Origin: an uncultured Chthonomonadaceae bacterium | Lineage (GTDB): Bacteria; Armatimonadota; Chthonomonadetes; Chthonomonadales; Chthonomonadaceae | DNA length: 34,909 nucleotides | Direction: 5' to 3' | NCBI GenBank assembly: GCA_963835065.1 | Contig: CAWIEK010000047.1 | Location: forward strand, 1-34,909 | Shown: positions 29,252-34,909 of the stretch, piece by piece | Layout: each line of letters begins with the position of its first letter | How positions within the stretch are numbered: position 1 is the first letter of the stretch | Position numbers and translations under genes: made by a program | The notes under the pieces: model-generated | What the model was told of the DNA's origin: nothing | What the model saw: the letters and a program-made list of their open reading frames with translations, nothing else | The model's database searches: none

Positions 29252-29424
29252 TCCCCGTTTGCGAACGCGCCAGAGTCGGCGCGTTTGCCGCTTTGTGCCG
29301 TCTGCAAATCGTAAAGATAGATAGAAGCGCGGCGCAATCCACTCCATTGCCATCAATCGTCACCAGTGTTCTCAGGCGCGGCAGGGCCATTCACTGCCCT
29401 GCACATTTATTCAGGAGCCGGGAT

Positions 29425-31155
29425 GTGAGCGAAGCAGCAAAAGAGGGAACAGGAAACAGGGAACAGGGAACAGGAGCAGAGGATTCATCCTTCATCCTTC
29501 ATCCTTCATCCTTTTCTGCCCCCCTCAACCCTGCCTCTGTAATTGCCGAGCCGCCTGTCGCGCCCCGTCGGGTGGGCGAGATTGATGTGAGTAAGACGGA
29601 GACGAGCGCGCCGCTTACCAATACCGAAATTGACGCGGTTGTGGGGCGATTGTTTGCCGCGCAGCCGAAGGAGCAACCTGAAATGGCCGCAGTGGGAGAG
29701 TTTGACGCCGATGTCATTGTGATCGGGTCGGGGCCGGGCGGGTACGTGTCCGCTATTCGCGCCGCGCAATTGGGCGCGCGCGCGGTGTGCATCGAAAAAG
29801 CCGCAACGGAATGGGGCGGAACCTGCCTCAATTGGGGCTGCATCCCCACCAAAACCATGATCGCCAGCGTGGAGCGCCTGCACCACGCGCAGCATGCCGC
29901 CGACTTCGGAGTGGTTATCAACGGCGAAATCGGTTTTGATTTTAACAAGATGATGACGCGCAAAACCAAAGTGGTGACGACCCTGCGCGGCGGCGTACAA
30001 AGTCTGCTGAAAAGCAACCACGTTCGCAGCATCGTGGGCACGGGCAAATTGATTGACGCCAATACAGTCGAAGTGACAACCGAGGACGGCAAAACGGAGC
30101 GTATCACGACGCAAAACGTGGTTCTGGCAACGGGTTCGGTTCCCATTCTGCCGCCCATTCCCGGTTTGGAGCGCAAGGCGGAAGACCCGCGCGGGCAAAG
30201 CAGCAACGGCATCTGGACTTCCGACGAAGCGGTGTCGGCTGTAGACTGCCCGAAGCGCATGTTGATTATGGGCGCGGGGGCGGTGGGATTGGAGTTCGGG
30301 TTTACGTTTCGAGGATTGGGCGCGGAAGTGACAGTGGTAGAAATCGCGCCGGAAATTCTGCCTACCGGGGATCGGGAAATCGCAGCGGAACTGCGCAAGT
30401 CCCTGAAAAAGCAGGGCATCAACATTCTGACCGGGCATAAAGTCACCAATGTCGCGCACGAAACCGGCGGCAAGGTCGTTACCATTGAAAGCGCGGACGG
30501 CAAAACGCAGACGCTGGAAGTGGACGTTGTTCTCGTGGGCGCGGGCCGCAAGCCATTTTTTGAGGGCGTCGGTCTGGAAAACGCGGGCGTCGAAGTGATT
30601 AAGGAAGGTCCGCTGTCCCGGCGCGGGGTGGTCGTCAACGAGTACCTGCAAACCAACGTGCCCAACATCTACGCGATTGGCGACGTGACCGGCAAAATGC
30701 TGCTGGCGCACTTAGCCTCGCACATGGGCATTGTCGCGGCGGAGAATGCGATGGGGCATTGCGTGAAGATGGACTACCGGGCCGTTCCCGCGCCCATTTA
30801 CACCAGCCCCGAAGTGGCGTCTGTCGGCCTGTCCGAAGAAGAAGCGCGGGATCAGGGTTACGACGTGAAAACGGGCCGCTTCCCCTTCCGCCCGCTTGGA
30901 CGCGCCATGGCATTGGGCGAAACTGAAGGCATGGTCAAAGTGGTCACGGAAAGCAAATATGGCGAACTGCTCGGCGTTCACATCGTCGGCCCTTACGCAA
31001 CCGAAATGATCCACGAAGCCGTAATCGCCATCAAAATGGAAGCCACCATTGAGGAAATGATGACCGCCATCCACGCGCACCCGACGCTTTCCGAAGCGGT
31101 GGGCGAAGCCGCGCTGGATGTGCGCGGCGAAGCGCTGCATAAGATGAAGAAATAG
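29425..31155 (+). CDS. lpdA: Dihydrolipoyl dehydrogenase; start uncertain (GTG 29425 or ATG 29683)
   Basis: IGSGPGGY, GGTCLNWGCIPTK, GAGAVGLE, YAIGD and HAHPTLSE motifs. Confidence 0.95.
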   Translation: MSEAAKEGTGNREQGTGAEDSSFILHPSSFSAPLNPASVIAEPPVAPRRVGEIDVSKTETSAPLTNTEIDAVVGRLFAAQPKEQPEMAAVGEFDADVIVIGSGPGGYVSAIRAAQLGARAVCIEKAATEWGGTCLNWGCIPTKTMIASVERLHHAQHAADFGVVINGEIGFDFNKMMTRKTKVVTTLRGGVQSLLKSNHVRSIVGTGKLIDANTVEVTTEDGKTERITTQNVVLATGSVPILPPIPGLERKAEDPRGQSSNGIWTSDEAVSAVDCPKRMLIMGAGAVGLEFGFTFRGLGAEVTVVEIAPEILPTGDREIAAELRKSLKKQGINILTGHKVTNVAHETGGKVVTIESADGKTQTLEVDVVLVGAGRKPFFEGVGLENAGVEVIKEGPLSRRGVVVNEYLQTNVPNIYAIGDVTGKMLLAHLASHMGIVAAENAMGHCVKMDYRAVPAPIYTSPEVASVGLSEEEARDQGYDVKTGRFPFRPLGRAMALGETEGMVKVVTESKYGELLGVHIVGPYATEMIHEAVIAIKMEATIEEMMTAIHAHPTLSEAVGEAALDVRGEALHKMKK

Positions 31156-31163
31156 GAGATGAT

Positions 31164-31370
31164 AAACCGCGAAACACACGAACTACACGAAAAAGAACAA
31201 AAGGAGAATAGACAGGATTAACAGGATTAGAAGGATTAAACAGGATTACACAACAGGCGGGAATCGCCTTTTGATGGTTTTATCCGTGTTTCTCCGTGTC
31301 CTCCGTGTTCTCCGTGGTTTGCAGTTTTGTTTTGGTTCTTTTTCCGTTTATTTCGTGTGTTTCGCGGTTC
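31164..31370. repeat. Nested 9-mer-unit repeat cluster
   Basis: Outer AACCGCGAAACACACGAA / TTCGTGTGTTTCGCGGTT arms enclose ACAGGATTA units and CTCCGTGTT units. Confidence 0.8.
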
Positions 31371-31396
31371 TTACTGTATGAGGAAGGGTGGACGGG

Positions 31397-32537
31397 ATGC
31401 GAACAGGAACGGATTGGACGCGGCGCAGGACGCTGCAATGGCTGGCGACGGGCGCGTTGGCGTTTGCCGGATTGGCGGGCTGCAATAACAACGGCGGCGA
31501 TCAGAAGGCGGCTTCGGATGGCGGCGCGAGTTCGGCAGGAAAACCGGGCGCGACAACGCCATCCACAGGTGGCGGCAAATCGGTGCGGGCGGCGATTGTG
31601 CTGGATACGGGCGGCATAGACGATAAATCGTTTAATGCGGCGGCGGTGGCGGGACTGAATCAGGCGAAAGCCGAGTTTCACCTGAGCGACAACGACGCCC
31701 GCTGGGTCGAAGTCCAAAAACCCGTCCGAATACAAGCAGAAACTCAGCGCGTTTGCCAGTCAGGGGTACGATGTTGTGTTCGCGGTGGGCTACAAAATGG
31801 AGGACGCGCTGAAAGAAGTGGCGGCGCAGTTCCCCAACGTCAAATTCGCCATCGTGGACGGCAGCGCGCCCGAAGGCGCGCAGAACTGCTCCGCGCTCCA
31901 ATTCAAGGAGCAGGAGGGCACGTTTCTGGCGGGCTATCTGGCCGCGTTGGTCAGCAAAACGCATACCATCGGGTTTGTGGGCGGCGAACAGGGCGCGCTG
32001 ATCGGCAAATTCGAGGCCGGCTACAAAGCGGGCGCGAAAACAGCGGGCTTAAACCCGGATACGCAGGTCAAAGTAGCGTATACGGGGGATTGGAACGACC
32101 AGAGCAAGGGCAAAAGCCAGGCCATGCAGGAGTTCGGCGCGGGCGCAGACATCATCTTTCAGGCGGCGGGCAAAGCCGGCTTGGGCGTGATACAGGCGGC
32201 AAGCGAAAAAGGAACCGGGTTTTACGCGATTGGCGTGGATCAGGATCAGGACGGCGAAGCGCCGGGGCGCGTCCTGACGAGCATGGTCAAGCATGTGGAT
32301 ACCGCCGTCTATGATACGATCAAGAAGGTGCAGGCGGGGCAGTTCGCGCCCGGCGCGCACGTTTACGACCTGAAAGAAGGCGGCATCGGCCTGTCGGAGA
32401 TGAAGCACACCAAACAGGACATTCCCGCCGATGTGCTGGCAAAACTGGAAAAGGTGACGAAGATGGTTGCAGACGGTCAGATCGTCCCGCCGTCCAAAGT
32501 AGAAGACGTGGCTGCGTTCCAGCCCCCGAAACTGTAA
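31397..32537 (+). CDS. BMP family ABC transporter substrate-binding lipoprotein, frameshift near 31712
   Basis: TRRR + LAGC lipobox; GGIDDKSFN; then FKEQEGTFLAG, IGFVGG, AIGVDQDQ and LTSMVKHVD in the next frame. Confidence 0.92.
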
Positions 32538-32554
32538 TAGTCCTCAGACCCGCC

Positions 32555-32580
32555 CCTTCTCCCAATTGTGGGAGAAGGGG
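32555..32580 (+). terminator. Hairpin after the BMP gene
   Basis: CCCTTCTCCCA-ATTG-TGGGAGAAGGG. Confidence 0.6.
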
Positions 32581-32723
32581 AAACACCTCATCATAAACCC
32601 TGCAAAGTACAGCGCTTGCGTTACGGAAGGACGATTATCGTAAGGAATTCGGCTAAGCGGCGGGCGCTAAAAGTTGGTAGTTCCTGTATCTCTATCAACT
32701 ACGAACTATCAACTATCAACTGC

Positions 32724-33500
32724 TTAGTTCTTGTCCGGCTGCACATTCTCGGCGAGAATCACCATGTCCTGATAGTCGAAGTCCCGCCAGTCTTCCCAGC
32801 ATAACAGAACTGCGCCCGTGTCCGCGCCGCCCTGCCAATGCCCGGTATTGCCGCCCTCTGTTACCCACGTTCCGCCCTTGCGCGCGGGCAGGGCCAGCAG
32901 ATGCGGCGCATGGTCGGCATTGGCCTGCGGCACGGAAGATAACGCGCCGGTATGCAAAATGTTGCCAGGATCGTTGAGGTAGAAACGCAGGGAGTCTGCC
33001 ACCCGCCAGGTACAGGAAGCCCCCTCGGTTGCCGAAATCCAACAGGTGTTCCGGTTGTGGTCCGGCGAAAGGATAGCCTCCTTTACGCCGCGCTCGTCGG
33101 TCACGCCAAATTCCAGGCTGCCGCCAAGCATTGCCTGCTCGCTTACTTTGGTAAAGCGCGGCAGCTTCACGCTATGAAAACTCGTCGCCGCCAGCGAATC
33201 ATCCCCGGTACTCCGGCGGTAATTCGTCCAACGCAGCAGGGTATGCCCCCCGTACACGGCAGGAACGTTCACGGTATACCCCAGCCGATCCAGCGTTTCC
33301 TGCAGGCTGACTTCGTTCATTTCATTGCCGTTGTCCTCACTGAGGTTTACAGCGGGCGGCGTTTCCGGCACAGCCATAAAGGGATACCGGGTTTGTACGC
33401 GCGCATGAAATGCCAGGGTCATCAGGCCGCAAGGAACAAGGATCGCGCCTGCAATGGCGGCAGTGACAAGCGTTCGAGCGGGACTTGCAAAATGAAGCAT
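32724..33500 (-). CDS. Hypothetical exported protein with DUF4114-like C-terminus
   Basis: N-terminal hydrophobic segment; LCWEDWRDFDYQDMVILAENVQP tail. Confidence 0.7.
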   Translation of the reverse strand: MLHFASPARTLVTAAIAGAILVPCGLMTLAFHARVQTRYPFMAVPETPPAVNLSEDNGNEMNEVSLQETLDRLGYTVNVPAVYGGHTLLRWTNYRRSTGDDSLAATSFHSVKLPRFTKVSEQAMLGGSLEFGVTDERGVKEAILSPDHNRNTCWISATEGASCTWRVADSLRFYLNDPGNILHTGALSSVPQANADHAPHLLALPARKGGTWVTEGGNTGHWQGGADTGAVLLCWEDWRDFDYQDMVILAENVQPDKN

Positions 33501-33691
33501 GGGTGTTTTCCTTCCGTAATAGCGTTTCGATATTCGCGTTCCAAAATGCAGGATGAAGCGACGATTATTGTTGCCATACGGCTTAAAATGCGTCTGGTTT
33601 CGTGAATGGGTAAAATGGATACTATTTTGGTGTTGCGGGTTTTGGATACACTTATTCAAAAGTGTGCAGGGAAGGCTTTGAAAGAACAGAG

Positions 33692-34891
33692 ATGAATCCT
33701 TTACAGCAGGCGTTTGTGGAAGCGTTCAAAGCATGGGACAGCGCGGCGATGGCGAACGCGCTGGCTGCCATGCTGGAAGCGTTCGCCGGGAAGCCGTTGA
33801 GCGAGGAAACGCGGCAGGAGATCGGCTGGCAATGCCGGGAACTGCTGTATAACATGCTGCTGCATCCCAGTAATGGCGGCGGCCTGATGGTTCCTGAAAT
33901 CCCGGCGCATTTTATAGCAGGAACGGGTATCGGGCGAACAAAACAACCGGAAACCGGAAGATACTCCAGCCTGACGCTGCATGTTACGCTGAGCGGGCAG
34001 GAAGCGCAATCCTTGAAAACGCGCTGGCAGGAAATGGACTTTGCCGCCGGTGACATTGTTGTAGCGCGGGAAGAAGTAAAAACACCCACGCCGCTCAAAG
34101 GCGAACCCGGCTATGTGAGCTACGACCCTGAACAGCCGAGTATTCACCGTCCGCAGGGAAACTTGCAGGCCGCCGTATCCAATACTTACGCTTACGCTCT
34201 TTCCGTGGAAGCGGGAGCCGACAGCCCTTACTTACAGCGTTACCGCGCAGGTGAATGTAAGCAGGTTTGGGATGAGTTGACGGCGTTGGGCGATGCGGCG
34301 CGCAAGCCTGATATACTGCCTCATGCCGTTGCCGTTGCGCGGGAAACCATGCAGCGTTGCCGGATCAATGTGGAACAAATCTACGCCCGGCTGAAGAGAG
34401 AAGAGTACCATTTTCGTAACCCCGATGAGGTTTTTACGCCACCTAAAGACAACATTTTGCAGCGCATTGCCGATCTGGAACAGAGCGTCGGGCCACTGCC
34501 GCTTTCGCTGTGCGCGTGGTACGAACTCGTCGGCGCGGTCAACTTCATGGTGGATACAGAAGCCCTCGGTGACTATGTTGGTTATTCCGACCCCTTAACC
34601 ATATTCCCGGCGGTATACACGCTGGATTACGACGAGGAGAACTGGTATCGAGAGCGATATAAATGTGACCTCGCGCCGGACTTTTACCACAAGGATGATG
34701 TCAGCGGTGGTCCCGCCTACTGCCTGTATTTGCCGGATGCAGGGATGGACGCTTTTTTCGACAATGAGCCACACCAGACAACGTTTGTCAACTATTTACG
34801 TATCACGTTCGGACACGAAGGCTTTCCCGGCGACCCGAAGCGCGGTTCCTCCCCTTTGCTCTCCTCCCCTAACGCGCTCCTGCCCATCTGA
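33692..34891 (+). CDS. Hypothetical two-domain protein; C-terminal part SMI1/KNR4 (SUKH)-like
   Basis: IADLEQSVGPLPLSLCAWYELVG pattern and LAPDFYHKDDVSGG in the C-terminal half. Confidence 0.65.
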   Translation: MNPLQQAFVEAFKAWDSAAMANALAAMLEAFAGKPLSEETRQEIGWQCRELLYNMLLHPSNGGGLMVPEIPAHFIAGTGIGRTKQPETGRYSSLTLHVTLSGQEAQSLKTRWQEMDFAAGDIVVAREEVKTPTPLKGEPGYVSYDPEQPSIHRPQGNLQAAVSNTYAYALSVEAGADSPYLQRYRAGECKQVWDELTALGDAARKPDILPHAVAVARETMQRCRINVEQIYARLKREEYHFRNPDEVFTPPKDNILQRIADLEQSVGPLPLSLCAWYELVGAVNFMVDTEALGDYVGYSDPLTIFPAVYTLDYDEENWYRERYKCDLAPDFYHKDDVSGGPAYCLYLPDAGMDAFFDNEPHQTTFVNYLRITFGHEGFPGDPKRGSSPLLSSPNALLPI

Positions 34892-34909
34892 ATTTTACCT
34901 GACTTCATA

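Overview
Bacterial window of about 55-60% GC. PEP-CTERM genes, SigH-like promoters and the gene content suggest Armatimonadota (inference). Housekeeping and carbohydrate genes (DUF362, GH43, GH127, GerMN-murI, PfkB kinase, lpdA, BMP lipoprotein) are mixed with accessory material: a disrupted AAA/ABC-type ATPase, three decayed IS elements, a methylase-Mrr remnant whose core is replaced by an antisense Zn-finger endonuclease, two TA-like gene pairs behind a duplicated promoter-hairpin, a type II R-M pair and many short intergenic repeats. Several genes have single-base frameshifts that may be long-read errors. The most striking signal is a stand-alone tnpB with intact RuvC residues directly downstream of tRNA-Asn(GTT). 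Its predicted 19-nt guide, right after the TCAC right end, matches that tRNA at 17/19 positions. The match begins immediately after the anticodon-loop GTTAA (candidate TAM), and both mismatches fall in the unpaired variable loop. This suggests a tRNA-targeting RNA-guided nuclease linked to a cleavage-resistant tRNA allele.
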